Shown: positions 36,561 to 50,442, numbered from the stretch's first letter. The stretch is 64,000 bases of DNA from Sphaerodactylus townsendi (GCF_021028975.2 NC_059426.1:155434001-155498000); one strand, 5' to 3'. Made by a program: numbers and translations. Notes: generated from the sequence alone by a model not told the origin.

Positions 36561-38771
36561 TCATAAGGCCTGAGCAAGGCTGTTAACAATAGGACATTTT
36601 GAAGGACATTGATTCATAGGATTACCATGAGTCACAAATGACTTGACAGCACTTAACACACACACCAGACCACAGCTACACAGCCCAAAAAACCCACAGC
36701 AGGGATTTAATTCCTGCCAAGAAAGCCTTCAACAAGACAAGGCTTCCCTTATTTATTGGATATTTATACCCTAGATATATTTGAATGTTTATATCTTGTT
36801 TTTCTCCTCAGTGAGGAATCCAAAGTGGCTTACAACATCATTGTCCCTTTAGCCACATTATCCTCACAACTCTGAGGTAGCTTAGGCTATGTGTGACTGG
36901 GCCAAGATCTCCCAGCTAGCTTCCATATTATAATGGGGATCCAGACCTGGACCTTCCAGATTTTAGCCAGACAATCCACTTCCATCATAATCACAACCAC
37001 TTCCTTTATCTGTGCTTGCTTCCTATTGCTTTCCAATTATATTTCAAGGTTCTATAAATTATAATTCCAGTTAAAATTCAAGGTACTATAATGCCAGTCA
37101 TTTTGTTTGGCCTTCTCTCAGTGATGCCTCCATGCTGAATGTTGTAATTGTTACTATGTTTTTATGCATATTTGAGCTCTGTTTTGTTTTAATGATGTAT
37201 GAGGTGTTGGTTAGTTTCAATGATTTTAAAATGTGATTTTATTATGTATGTTTTAATTTGTTGGGCAGAAAGGCAGCATACACATTTTGTAAAATAAGAT
37301 AAAATTTTAGAAATAATGCTGATCCATCCAGTTTTGTCCATGCTGACTAGAAATGGCTCTCTAAGGCCTTTGTCTGAGAAAGGCAACATTTACTTACTAC
37401 TTGTGTATCTACACTACCTCTTATCTAGGTTGATCAAAATCTTGCGATTTTTCACAGATTACAGGTCTTAACTATCTTTACAGAACCCATTGCAGGTGTT
37501 AAGTAGCTTAACAAAACTAACAAATTATCTCTGTATTTATCTTGATTAGATTTGGATTTTACATAATTCCGTTTCAACATGTAGTTTCTGCATTTCATGG
37601 TCCCTGAATAGAATTGCCAGCCTCCAGATAGTAATGCCTTCAAGCAATACCTTCAAGCACAGAAGCTGCAGAATTTGGAAACCTATGCATAGGTCAGAAG
37701 TATCTCAGTGACACATCATGGCTATTAATCATATTCAGCAGCTTCTTCTGGTAACATTTTAAAGACATCAAAACTGGTGCTATGAAATATATAGAATGTG
37801 TTCTTTTCATAGCATACCCAATGTCTCAGGGCAATTTGTTCTTATAAGCAACATCATCAATAACTCACCAGGTGTAACTGAACATACAGATTAATCAAAT
37901 ACTAGTAAAAAGGACAAAAGCCAGTTTGTCCTCGTAATAAATGTCTCCTCTAGGAAATAAGTCCTCTAGGACTCATCAAAATCTGATTTACAGTGACAAG
38001 ATCTATCTATAAAGCAGTATTCCCATACCTGCATCATTTACTAACTTATTATTTCATTTGTAATCACCAAATTTGACAAATAAATAGAACATGGAGCTCT
38101 CCCAATATTACAGCTAAAATCCTACTACAGAGCTCATTTTCCTTGGAGAAAATGACTGCTTTGGAGGGTGCAGTCTATGGCATTACATGCCACTGAGGTC
38201 CCTTCCCTCCCCAAACCCATCCCTGCCCAGGTGCCACTACCACATTCAAATATCCAGGTATTTACCAACAAAGTTGGCAACATTGCCCCTTGATCTTCCT
38301 GGGTTCCCCCACCCCTTAACTCTATATAAAATAACTGCATAGTTTGAATCCAGTAATTGCTGAAGAAGCAGGATCTGATCCTCAAACGTTCATACTGGAA
38401 TAAAGCTTTTTTTTAGTCTGTAAAATTCGACAAAGCTCCTGTTTGTACTACTCCCACGATATTTTAATTGCAAAATCTTGGGGACTGAATAAGGGATCAT
38501 TTTATTTAAAACACTCACTCTGCCTTTGAGTCATAAAGTAGTAAAGTGGAGGGAGGGAGTAAATTCCTTGTCTCCACCTTCTGTGGTTCTGATCCAAATT
38601 GATGCTCTGTTCAGCATCTATTACTTTTTAACAGTACTATAGAGATCTGGCCATAAAATTCCCAGCATCACATCTGTTCTGGCTGTGAGTCAGGTTTTTA
38701 ATGTGGCTTAGTAGATAAACTTTCCCCCTTATCTTATCCTAGATTTGCAATTGATTACCATGCAAAAAATA

Positions 38772-39031
38772 CCCCTTTCCCCCCAAAATAAGACAAGGTC
38801 TTATATTAATTTTTGCTCCAAAAGATGCATTAGGGCTTATTTTCAGGGGATGTCTTATTTTTTCCCATGATTTTGTGCCCCCCCCCCCCGTGCCCAGATC
38901 AGCTGTGCCGGGGAATCTGTAACTAGGGCTTATTTTTGGAGTAGCACTTACATTTCAAGCATCCTCCAAAAATTCTGAAACTCATGCTAGGGCTTATTTT
39001 CTGGGTAGGTCTTATTTTCAGGGAAACAGGG
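38772..39031. mobile_element. Tc1/mariner-like MITE, same group as 18417
   Basis: TA on both sides; CCCC.AAATAAGAC / GTCTTATTTTCAGGGAAACAGGG. Confidence 0.75.
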
Positions 39032-39349
39032 TATGTACCAGACTACCTGCCCACACATAGACAATGTGGTTCTTCATCACTCAAAAACTAAAAGGAATTT
39101 CATTTGGTGTATAGATTTTTCTTACCAAGTGACCATGGCAAGAACTATTGAAAAGGTTGTCTTATTCTTTTTTGAAACTCTGAATAACAATTTTTCACAC
39201 AGTTATTTACTGGGCTTTTTCATTGAATGTATCTGAAGGAGCCATGATTTGGAGACAAGAAGTATGACATGGTGGGTAAAGTTCTGAGCTATAATGTAAT
39301 TCATGTGCTTATTAAGTAGCATTAGGCAAGCCACCCCTTCTCAGACTCA

Positions 39350-39834
39350 GGCCCCTTCCGCATGGGCGGAATATGGAGCCCTGCGGATGGCAAAAACGCC
39401 GTCCCCAGGGAGCCATTTGCACAGGGGGCGCAGCTACTTCGCAGCCGCGCCGCCCTCGCTCCGCCCGACCGGTGCGAAGCTGCCGTTTTCCGACCTCGCT
39501 TGGGAAGCGAGGTTTTTGGAAAACGGCGGCTTGGAGCCGCTGCCGTGCGAATGGCAGCAGCTCCAAGGCGCCCTCCCTCCCCCCTCTTCACGTACCGTGT
39601 CTGTGGCTGTCCGGCGCGTCGCTGAGGTCTGGGGACACGCCCCCCTGCCCTGCGACGCTGGAGCAGTTGCGCAGGGTAGGGGGGCATGTCCCCAGACCTC
39701 AGCGATGTGCCGGACGGCCACAGACACGGCAGGTCGGCCGGGGGCGACGGCGCTCCACGGCGCCGGTCCCAGGGGGGTTGGGTCGGCGTGGAATATGCCG
39801 ACCCAAGCCCGATCGTCGCTGTGCAGAAATGGCC
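39350..39834. mobile_element. GC/CpG-rich non-autonomous Harbinger-like element
   Basis: Ends GGCCCCTTCCGCA / TGCAGAAATGGCC; TSD TCA; long internal inverted repeat about 39595-39730. Confidence 0.8.
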
Positions 39835-40471
39835 TCAGTCCCACCAAAAGATCAGAATCATACTACTAGTTAGTGAGAGGCCAGTGTGGACTAGTGGTTA
39901 TAGCCTGGACTTTAATGTGAAGATCTGAGTGAAAATCCCTGCTTGGGGCATGGAATTCTATGGACAATTTCAGCCAGCTAGCTGAAGTTACGTCATAGGG
40001 TTGTGATGAACAGAAAAATGGCACCCTGACAATGTAATCCCCTTGAGGAAGGTATGTACGTTATTGCCATCAAGTCACAACCAGCTTATGGTGACCACAG
40101 CATGGGGTTTTCAAGGCAAGTGATTAAGCTGAGGTGGTTTGCCTTTCCCTCCCTCTGCAGAGTGTTCCTTTGTGATCTTCCATCCAAGTACCAACCCTTC
40201 TTAGCTTCTGAGATCTGATGAGATACTATATTCCTGAAGGAATATAAATCCAATGAATTACTAAATATCTACTATTACTAACATGCCTTTACAGATTGTC
40301 AAGAAGCACTTCAAACATATAAAAGTGCTACACAAATGCTAAAGCATCTCCACGGAGAAGCTAATAAATCAACACCTCAACACTTTTCAACACCTTTTCC
40401 ATGAATGTTCAGCTTTCATTTAAAACAAAGATTCTAGTTCTTTTAGATTCTGAAGTATTCAGTGGGCCTAA

Positions 40472-40601
40472 GGCTCATTCCGCACACGCAAAATAATGCA
40501 CTTTCAAGCTGCTTTCACAACTGTTTTTGCCATTCCGCACAGCTTCAAAGAGCCCTGAAAGCAGCTTGAAAGTGCATTATTCTGCGTGTGCGGAATGAGC
40601 C
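40472..40601. mobile_element. Harbinger-like MITE A variant (130 bp)
   Basis: Both ends GGCTCATTCCGCACACGCA; TSD TAA. Confidence 0.88.
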
Positions 40602-42469
40602 TAAGTTTGTTATGTCTAGCTGGTTTCAGCAGTTTATTCGTAACTACTGAGCAGCAGTTGAACATTTTTAGTCAGGAACATACTGGTTCCAGTTTCATCC
40701 AGTAGGCTGCAGTGATTTGTAAGAACTCTGGAGTCAGCCATTCAGTTCAGATCACTTAAACTCTGGGGTCTGTACCCAACTTAGATACATGTCCTTCCCA
40801 GGCTCCATTCCCAAATATCTTGGTGTTTCCCAGCCTGGGTCTGGCAACCATCTCTGACACCCACCCACCCCACTTCAGGACAGGGGCACAGATGAAGGAC
40901 GGCGAGCGGGGCAGCTGGCTCTAACCCTAACCCAATACCCATCTCCATATGCAGACTGGAGCAGCAAGGTCCTCAGCCCAGGGCTCAGCCAGGTTGGATC
41001 CAGCTCTAAGCGGCAGGCTGGAATCCTGCTGTTTAAAGCTGGATCCAAGCCTGGCTGAGGCCAGAGACAAATGGGCCCTTGCCCCTCCAATTTCCCCATG
41101 GAGACTGGGGGTCCAAACTCCATTTGGAGATGGGAGTGGGGTAAGCCCTGCTCACTGGGCTTCAACTGCGGCCCTACCTGGAATTCCATGGGGAGTTCCA
41201 GACCACGGTGCAGTTGCAAGGGAGAGTGTGGCCTTAAAATGTGCCCCCTGGAAGTGGCACACAGAGGTTCAGTCCCCTCACACTCCCTAGCTATACCATT
41301 GATTATTTCTCCACTTACTACTCAAACAACACAATCCTATACCATTCCAAGCTGACTAACTTTTATGGACTGAGAAGTGTATGATTCTGCTTTTACTCTC
41401 ATAGTCCAATATGGAGCAACACACAGTGACTTTGGTCAGCAAAGACATACAAATAATTTTTTGTAGTTGGAGAAGCCTCACCAAAGATCAAGACTCTGGA
41501 AATGCTGAAACATTAGCAACACTGGTTTAGACCAAGCAGTTACTAGGATGGGTGGGTGATCATTTTAAAGGCGGCTAATTTGAATTAGATGTTTCAGTAC
41601 TGGCCCTGCTCTCTGAGAGAACAATAAGCTAAAAACTGAAATGTGTGAATAATAAAATTGAGACAACGTTTGAACCAATCACGTAAATTAACATCTCCCA
41701 CAGTTAGTTGCAGTGACCAATAATTGGGGAAGAGGTACCATAAAATAAAAAACATGTAGTGAAATGTAAGCACGTTTCACGTAATTAGGAAACCTCTCAG
41801 CCTTAGACCAGGTTTCAGTAAAATTACATTGCTGAATCACTCTTATCCCTGTTATAGTTCTAATTTATGTATTTAGGACAGGAGGGGTAGTCTGTTCTTC
41901 ATAATGATAGTTTGGGGAATTCAATGCAATTTCCAAATGCTAAGGAGCTCAACTAAAACCCTATGTCTACATGATACTGCAGAATTAACTACTCCCAGTG
42001 GGTTCTGAGGTTTTTTTCTCCATTTGTAATTGCTTGTAGGCCTTCTAGTCTTTGATACATCTCAGCCGACTTTAACCCCCTCCCCTTTCCCACAAGGTGA
42101 CATTTAGAAAGTTATGACCAAATACAATTCAACCATGATATATTTTTTTAAAAAACAGCTTTGTGCTGGAGTCATAGAAAAATTATTGTGTATGATACTG
42201 AAGAGCAACAAGGGGCAGAAGCTGGCATGCTAAAGGCGAACCTGGGTATCAATTTTAGCTCTTACTCTATGTGAATGACCTAAAAACATACCATCGCGTT
42301 CCATCCCCCCCCTTTTCCAAGTGTAATGCGAGAGCTACTAGCATCGGGCTGGGACACCTGGTTTTTGTAAAGATGCAAACCCCATACTAAATATTTCACA
42401 GATCCTTGGAAATGCATTGTTGGAAGAATGTTTTTCCAGTGAATTCTACTGGGGTACTCCTATGAGACT

Positions 42470-42727
42470 GGGGTTGTCAGGTCCCACTGGCTACCTGCAG
42501 AGGATGGGGGGCAGGAGGGGGGTAGGGGTATGTTGCCAGATCCAGGCTGGGAAACTCCTGGAAATTTGGAGACAGGGCCTGGGGAGGACGGGGACCCAAA
42601 TGGGGCACAAAGCCATAGAGTCCACCCTCCAAGGCATCCATTTCCTCCAAGGCAACTGATCTCTATAGTTTGGAGATGAGCGGTGATTCTGGGGATTTCC
42701 AGATCCCACCAGAGGCTAGCATTCCTA
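42470..42727. mobile_element. Old hAT-like repeat with (TA)GGGTTGCCA-type ends; related copies near 33660-33845, 38090-38285, 49070-49262 and 53958-54183
   Basis: Shared blocks GTTGCCAGATCCAGG, CACCCTCCAA.GCA.CCATTT.CTCCA and CTGATCTCT.TAGT.TGGAG in all copies. Confidence 0.65.
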
Positions 42728-44454
42728 TGTGGGACACTGACCTTTTCCCTGTATGTAGCATTCAAGAGAATCAAGAGGCCATCTAAGTCAAGAATTTACT
42801 GTAAGCAGGTGTCACCCACCTATCCATCTTCCCTCTTTCCTCATATCTATTTCAGACCACAATGTACCACAGGCAGAAGGACAACCACTCAGCAGAAGGG
42901 ATTCACACACCTCATCACAGAGAACTGGCTGTACTGGCCAAAAGAAAAGAGGAAAGGTTGTTTTACTTTCTGCAACACACTAACAGGGAAAATCTGAGCA
43001 GACAAAAAATGACGGAGCTGGGTGGAAAGAAAGGAAGAGGAAAACAGACTGATGGAAAGAACAGCCTTGTTAGGAGGCTGCAGTTTGGCAATGGCTGCAG
43101 CAGCCATGAGCTGTGCTAGATGGTCTTGCCTTGCTCCAGTGCTGGCTTGATTGTAGTAAACATTGCAGAAAGCCTCTACTATCAGAAAGCAGAGCTACTG
43201 ATCACTGAGTTCGGCTTTTCCTGCACTCTTAGCGGATTGCAGTGTGGAACTGCAGAACAAGCTCATTCTCCCTTCTGTGGGGAGCAGGATCTACATTTTT
43301 TTTGAAGGACAAAAGCACAAAATTATTTCCCCCATATATTATATATATATTTTTTTATATGTATATATTAGCAACATATATAATCAATGTATATAATATA
43401 ATGTAATGTAATGCAGCATAATATAATATAATCAATAACTTTTAAATGAACGAATAAATTGTGTTGACCTCTAGGAACCATTAATGAATAATTTGATTTT
43501 TACATTATCTTATCTATCTATGTTTGAATATTCCTTCCACCTGTCTGCATCCATAAAAACCTAATCCAAGGAGAAAGTTTTTCAGCCGAACCTTTTCCCA
43601 GATATTTTTAAAAATAAAGTGCAGATAACTTTCAGATGGAAAACACCAACATACCTCATGTTTCTTTGCAGACTGATAAAGTACTGCCCAAGAAAAGGAT
43701 TAGTTGGTAATTATGCTGCTAGGAGCTAAAATGACGGAATGTGAAGATACTGTACTTTAGTCGCTAGAAAAGACTGCCGCCACTCCATCTTTCCCTGCCA
43801 TCTGCTCTCCCTAGCCCCCCCCCACTCAAACAGAGGCAGAGGCAGAGTGAGGGGAAACTGTGTTTGGGGTGTTCGCACATGCTGTGCCCCTGCCACGGTG
43901 TCCCCTGTTCCACCCCGGAATGCCCCGCCACTGCTCTGCCTGGGGCATCGCACCCCCCCATCCCATGGGCACTACGCCACTGCATTCAGATGCAGCCCTG
44001 ATCCTATATTTCCCACCCAATCCAGCCTCAAATTGTAGTAAGAATGACCACGATGCAAGGCTGCCAAGAGGAGTGGGACTGGGGAACACAAAATGTTCTA
44101 GGGTCCAAGTCAAGAGGAAGGCCCTTGAAACCAGCATCAAGCTGCATTCAGAACTGAACTACAAAATGACATTGAGCTGAAGTCAAATTTAAGCAAACTT
44201 ACCAAAGTTTTAGTTAAGGAAAAGGTTGTCCCATGTGCAAGCATTAGGTTCTTACTGACCATAACGTTTACTGGACGGACCGTGTTTACAGGGTAATTTG
44301 TCGTTGCTTTCCCCAGTTGTCTACACTTTACTCCCAGCAAGCTGGGTACTCATTTTATCAGCCCTGGAAGGATGGAAGGCTTTGTCAACCAGAACCGGCT
44401 ACATAAAACTGGTTTGTCTGCAGTACTGCAGCTTACCTCTCTGTGCCACAGGAC

Positions 44455-44986
44455 TTTTCAAGAGTTTTGTTTACAGAGGGAAATTTCTGATCGGTATCCA
44501 GCACTATGGACAGTGCTTAAGAATCTCCTTACTGCATTTTCAGGTCTATACCTAGTAGAATGTCGTTTTAGTATTGTCATCCTGATTACTGAATGTTATG
44601 ATTCAAGACTCCAGCTGAGTGACTCTAAACCAAACATTACGAAACTGGTATCACTTCACCAAACCCATCCATCACATTAAGAATTTATTGGACAGTGAAG
44701 CATTTACTATAGGTGGTGGTATTAAAGATTGTTGCTAAATAACTATCAGATTTTTAAAAGCTGATATCACTGGATCAAGTTCATCAATTTTGTTGAATAA
44801 ATTAAACTAAAAAGTTTTAATTGGATTTTGAATAAATGTGCAATTAATTGTTACTGCTTTGAATTTTGTTGTTATCTACCTTAGGAGATTGTGTGAACTG
44901 CTATTCTGAATAATGCTTTTTTTTATAAGGGGATGAGTTTGTGGAACCACATGTGTGGCAGCCAGATACGGTTTGGGAAACATTGC
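44455..44986 (+). mobile_element. hAT/Charlie transposase C-terminal remnant and 3' end
   Basis: YPALWTVLKNLLTAFSGLYLVECRFS...RLQLSDSKPNITKLVSLHQTHPSH resembles the Charlie/Buster dimerisation domain; ends GTTTGGGAAACATTG. Confidence 0.75.
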
Positions 44987-45704
44987 TCTAAGATCAGAAC
45001 TACCTCTTCTTGGGAAGCAGTCCTCCTTGGATCTACTCAGAGTCAAGACCCATGTTATTCAGTGGTTTTTTTCCTAGTAAAATGTCCTTAGGATTCAAAA
45101 CGGTGCTGTTCAATCAAGACAAATCGGTTGTCTGTGCCATCAGTTGTAGAGAACAATTTAAGTTCACTGTCTGGTTAATAACAATCAATTGAGTCTTAAC
45201 TGATGTTTAGCAGATCAGCTGGTTTTTCTAGTGTGTTAACAGCTGGAGATTTTAACTAATAAACAGGTCATTAACTTCTGGTCATAGTTTGGCAGAGATC
45301 ATTTATCATTTTGGAAACAGACGTTGTCTTTTAAAACATGTTCTGGGTAAGCAACTGCAAAACTGTGCTTCTTGATATCAGTTAGGTTATCGAGTGTCAT
45401 AAAATTAAACTATCTATGTTCTTCAGATGAATTGATTGTTATTAACCAAACAATGTAAGGTAGCCTGAAGAAAAACATTCCATTGTTTTAGAAGAGGCTT
45501 AATTAATGGAAATTGGAAGTTGAAGCTTACCATGAAATGTAGGTAAATAATATCAAATGGTAAACAACCTCCCATTAAGACTCTGCTAAAGGGACAGGAC
45601 TATTTTCCTCTAGGTCAACTGGGAACCCTATAATGTGGGTACATTTCTTTTTGTTTTTAATCTCTAATTTTTCATGATAGCAAAAATTACTGAGAAACAT
45701 ATGT

Positions 45705-45843
45705 NNNNNNNNNNNNNNNNNNNNNNNNNNNNNNNNNNNNNNNNNNNNNNNNNNNNNNNNNNNNNNNNNNNNNNNNNNNNNNNNNNNNNNNNNNNNNNNN
45801 NNNNNNNNNNNNNNNNNNNNNNNNNNNNNNNNNNNNNNNNNNN
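45705..45843. other. Assembly gap (139 N)
   Basis: Run of n. Confidence 1.
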
Positions 45844-46113
45844 TCCCTTTCTCTCCTGGAGGAGACTCAAATGGGCTTACAATCTCCGTGCCCTTTTCCC
45901 CTCACAACAAACACCCTGTGAGGTGGGTGGGACTGAGAGAGCTCTGAAAAGCTGTGACTAGCCCAAGGTCACCCAGTTGGCATGTGTGGGAGTGCACAGG
46001 CTAGTCAGAATTACCCAGATAAGCCTCCCCAGCTCAGGCAGCAAAGCGGGGAATCAAACCTGGTTCCTCCAGATTAGAATGCACCTGCTCTTGACCACTA
46101 TGCCACTGCTGCT
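45844..46113 (-). mobile_element. Same tRNA-derived SINE, 3' end lost in the gap
   Basis: Reverse-complement match to the 49988 copy. Confidence 0.85.
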
Positions 46114-49100
46114 CAAGTTAGGTTTTTCATAATATGACCAAGCTACATGTTATGATGACTAACATTAGTCTGGGTTTCCTGGACCCAACTCATTTTCTCT
46201 ACAGTCACATGGGAGCTGAAGGAAGAGTCATTTTAAAAATCTGAGAGGGTCTGATTTGGCTCAGGACCCCGGGATGAAAGGAGGAGGGACTCTGTTTTCC
46301 TGGGTTGAAATGGCTCCAGAAGTTACCTGTTCCATTTTGGAGCTGCACGCAGGCTGCTCAAATCTAAAATTTCCAGCAATACAATCCTAAGTGGGGATAT
46401 ACTTTTCTAAGCCCATTAACTTCAATTACTTTAGAAGGGTGTAACTGCATAGGATTGCAGTATAGAGCTGTCAATAATTCAATGTAAGGAAGTCAGTGAA
46501 CAAAAAATTTTCATATATATCCTTTCTGTTGACCATTTTTAACCCTCATGCTTACGTACGTACTCATTGTAACCAGCATATGACCACATATTTAAATGTA
46601 GGTTCCCACCCACCCTGTGTTTATTAGTTCAAGAATGACTAATATAATGCAATTTACATAGGTCCTTTCCATTAACAATTTTTGCAGAGCATAGCAGCCA
46701 GATGGGGTCAAGCTATCCAGAACATCTGTTATTGGGTCTGAAGTTCTGCCAGTTATAGCCAATAAAATTCCAAATAGCTTTGGATCCTGTTTACTTTTGG
46801 GAATGTCTCTTTCTATATTAACCTGTGAGATTCTTCTTGTCAGCTGGAGACCACTTATTTAAAAAATCCATCTGGTATGCCAACTTTGATCAGTAAAGGC
46901 CGTCTCAGTAGTAGCTCCCTCTGTGCAGAATTCATTGCCTAAAAGCCATTGTATGCAACTTGATCTACTCATGGAGGAGGAGGATGAAGCGGCATAATCT
47001 TGAGCGGACTGGACCATGTCAGACTATATTGTGGAATGTCATTTTTAATACTGTGTCAAAATACCTCTGGAAACTGATAAACAAATGCAACAAGAAAAGG
47101 ATGAGACAGAAATTTTTCTCCTCTGTTTTCTGTTTTCAGGGAGGTTTGTGTGAGCAACTATTTATTGATTTGATACATTGATTTCTTTAAAATATTTACA
47201 CACCTGCCTTTCTCCTGATCAGCTGCAAATTTTAACATCTTTTCTATGTATGTGTCACAGTCTGGATGGGGACTGACCAGAGCAACAGGCAGTTCCAAGC
47301 TAGGAAATGCATGCGCAGGTCATATGGTCCGAGGTCAACCACAAAGAGTCAGAGTCCGACGAGTACTTCAAAAAGCAAGAGTTAGATCTTGTCAGTCCTT
47401 CAGATGGCCCAGATTCTACCATCAAAATCAAATAGCATATTAGTGATATAACTCATTTTGTGTGTCACAGAACAGCCACACCATATGCACATGTGCAAGT
47501 GTAAGCTCTGCAGTAATAAAAGAGTTAAGGATGTTGTTTGTGGGTAAACAGATAACTAGATTAGCATAGCTAATAGCGCCTTGAGTTATTCTTTCCCACC
47601 AAAAGATCTGAGTAGAATTGTACATTTATCCATCATTTCTTCCTGAACCTTCTTTGTAGAATGATTTGCAGGGGTCCTAGTGCCGTCCTTGTTCTGTTGT
47701 TCTAGCCATTTTCTGTCAGCTTCGGGAGCCTCTCTGCTACCATCGCCATTTTAAGAATGTTCCAGTGATACCATCCCCACACTGCAAGCCTATTTGGAAG
47801 AAAGCCCTATTGCATTCACTGAGGCTTGCAGAGGCCAGGTCATTTAAAATAAACAAGCAAAAGAAAATGACACATTTTTCTTCACAACAGAAACAGGCTT
47901 ATTAACAGAATGTTCTTTCATTTATTAACAAAAATGACATGTTTTTAGCTACATTTATGAGGTGATTCACTGGCTGTCATTGATTAAACAATATGTATGA
48001 TGCCAATAAAGGCTTTGTGTGTGTGTGATTAAACAATATATTGTCGTATGGAATGTGCAAGAAGTCATGTAAGCAACCTGAGAGGAAGCTGTAAAAATAA
48101 CTTCCCCTCTTTCCCCTCAGTCATACTTTTCGTAATGTAGAAACAGCAAGCAGATCAGCTTAGACAGGATTCTTTTATTGTTTTTCTTTCCATGTACCCT
48201 TCCCTTCTCTTTTTCTTAGTAAAATTTACTATAAGCTAGCCAGCAGCATCTGTGATTATTTCACTCTGCTAAACTGTATATTGTTACACAACAACATGTT
48301 CCCTTTGGGTCATGCTCAGACTGTCCCAAAAGCTCTTTGGAATAGTTCTGTTTTATTGCTTCACCAAAAAGCCAGAATAGTAAGATTCTTCTTGCCCTCT
48401 TCTGGGAAACAATTTCACAGTTATGGAGTAGCCACCGAACAAGCCCATGCTGGGGCTGTTATAGAATAGGATACCAAAAACCTGGAGAAAAATGTCCCAT
48501 CCCTTTGATTGAGGGTTCCTTTGTTAGGTCATATGATTTATCTCCATGCTGGAAAAACATCAATTGTCAATTTTCTCATGTTAAGCCTTTGTTAAAGGGG
48601 CAGGGCATTTCCCCTCCAAATTGTTATTGCAGAGTGCACTGTAAATAGAGGAGGCATATCCTATAGGATAGATCCTGTAAAGAAAAGAAAAGTTACCACA
48701 TCAAACCTGCAAGGAGAAGTCATCCTCAGTTTTGTAGGCCCCACATCTTGAACGTTACAGAGTGGCATCTTTCACATGCAGGGGCACTCTTAGTGATTCT
48801 GGGGTCCTAAGCTAAACTCCAGGCATTCAAGGATCACTGCCAGCCCCCACAAGGCCCCGTGCAACACCTACCTCCCATCATTGGAGTCAGGGGTTGGCCC
48901 TCGCCTTGTGTGAGGCAGGTGGGAGCTGGTGCCAGAAGCTAATTGCATAGATGGAGCAGGTGTGTGTGGCCACTGTGCTTAGCTAGCTGCCCCTCCTCTG
49001 TCAGCATACTGTCGAGCTCAAAAATCAGCCTTGCAGCTGGGGTAGCTATGGGGGGGGGGGATGGGGACACAGAGTTGCCAGATCCAGGTTGGTAAACTCC

Positions 49101-49987
49101 TGGATGTTTGGAGTCTGGGGAGAACAGAGACCTCAATGGGGTACAATGCCGTAGAATCTATCCTCTGAAGCATCTAATTTCTCCAGGTGAACTGATCTCT
49201 GTAGTCTGGAGAAAAGCTACAATTCTGGGGAATCCCCAAGTCATACCTGGAGGTTGACATCTCTGCCTGCAGCCCAATCTAAATGTGGGAGAGAAAAACT
49301 TACCCTTGTTATGTTGCACAACCCCAACATTTCATGTAAACAAGGCTGCTGCTGATGGAGTCCTGTTACATGTGCAAAGTCAGCACTCCAGCACAACGCT
49401 TGCCTGGGTTCCTGAGCTGTACTTTGCTAAAATTGCATACTGAAGGCACATACAATGTTCCATAAGCAAGTTATTCTGACTTGGCATCACTGAAATTGGG
49501 TTTGCATGATGCAAATACACACTGGCAGTCTGTTGGGCTACCGTCCAGGATTCTACCACCTCAGTATATTACCTCAATCTGCACCCTGTGTGACCCAGCT
49601 CTGAGACTAGAGATAAATGTGATACTGGTGCATAAGGTTTTACTCAGGCAATGTTTAAAACATCCAGCTTTTCATTTCACTCGGGCTTTCAGCTAGCTGC
49701 TTTGTGCACAAACTGTAGCATGCCAGAGATTCATAGCCTGAGTGGGCATCCCACTGGTATGTTAATGCCACACATAGAGTTTCTGGAGAAACCAGATAGA
49801 CATCCCATTTCTGTCCACATCAGAATTCAGAATCTCCATGACTCCCTCCTCACTCTTCACTCCCTGACTTTCCTGTAACCCCTACTCATTTAATATTTCT
49901 ATCAGCATCCCAGTCATAAGAGACTTTCTCACACAGGAGGACTGTGACTCCAGCAATTTCTTTAGCCCATCTAGGGATGAAGGGATT

Positions 49988-50286
49988 GACATAGTAGTGG
50001 TTAAGAGCAGGTGCATTCTAATCTGGAGGACCCGGGTTTGATTCCCAGCTCTGTCGCTTGAACTGTGGGGAATTCAGATTAGCCTGTGCACTCCCACACA
50101 TGCCAGCTGGATGACCTTGGGCTAGTCACAGTTCTTCTGAGCTCTCTCAGCCCCACCACCTCACAGGGTGAGGGGGGAAGGGAAAGGAGATTGTAAGCCC
50201 CTTTGAGTCTCCTACAGGAGAGAAAGGCGGGGGATATAAATCCAAACTCCTCCTCCTCCTCCTCCTCCTCCTCCTCCTCCTCCTCC
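49988..50286 (+). mobile_element. tRNA-derived SINE with (CCT)n tail
   Basis: A-box-like ATAGTAGTGG, B-box GGTTTGATTCC, body GACCTTGGGCTAGTCACAG, tail GATATAAATCCAAACTC. Confidence 0.85.
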
Positions 50287-50294
50287 TTCTATAC

Positions 50295-50442
50295 CAGGGG
50301 TAGGGAACCTGCGGTTCTCCAGATGTTCAGGAACTATAATTCCCATCAGCCTCTGTCAGCATGGCCAATTGACCATGCTGGTAGGGGCTGATGGGAATTG
50401 TAGTTCCTGAACATCTGGAGAGCCGCAGGTTCCCTACCCCTG
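50295..50442. mobile_element. hAT (Charlie-type) palindromic MITE
   Basis: Near-perfect palindrome CAGGGGTAGGGAACCTGCGG...CCGCAGGTTCCCTACCCCTG; perfect 8-bp TSD TTCTATAC; sits at a SINE tail. Confidence 0.92.

Larger units (their letters stand above)
35197..36664 (+). mobile_element. BovB-like RTE 3' end split into about 35197-35345 and 36565-36664 by nested insertions
   Basis: SYFGH-MRR...LEKT..LGKIE-like remnant; the second half ends GACTTGACAGCACTTAACACACACAC. Confidence 0.65.

Noticed and set aside
39303-39928. ORFs of 120-188 aa as a gene with a CpG-island promoter
   Set aside because: They mostly overlap a TIR/TSD-bounded GC-rich transposon and show no protein motif.
44372-44680. Domesticated ZBED/SCAND-like gene exon
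   Set aside because: Only a short, deleted C-terminal transposase remnant running into a TIR-like end.
47255-47420. Possible Gypsy LTR fragment
   Set aside because: TG start and LTR-like texture only; no partner LTR, PBS or TSD found.
49988-50065. tRNA gene
   Set aside because: A/B boxes run into a SINE body and tail; no credible cloverleaf.
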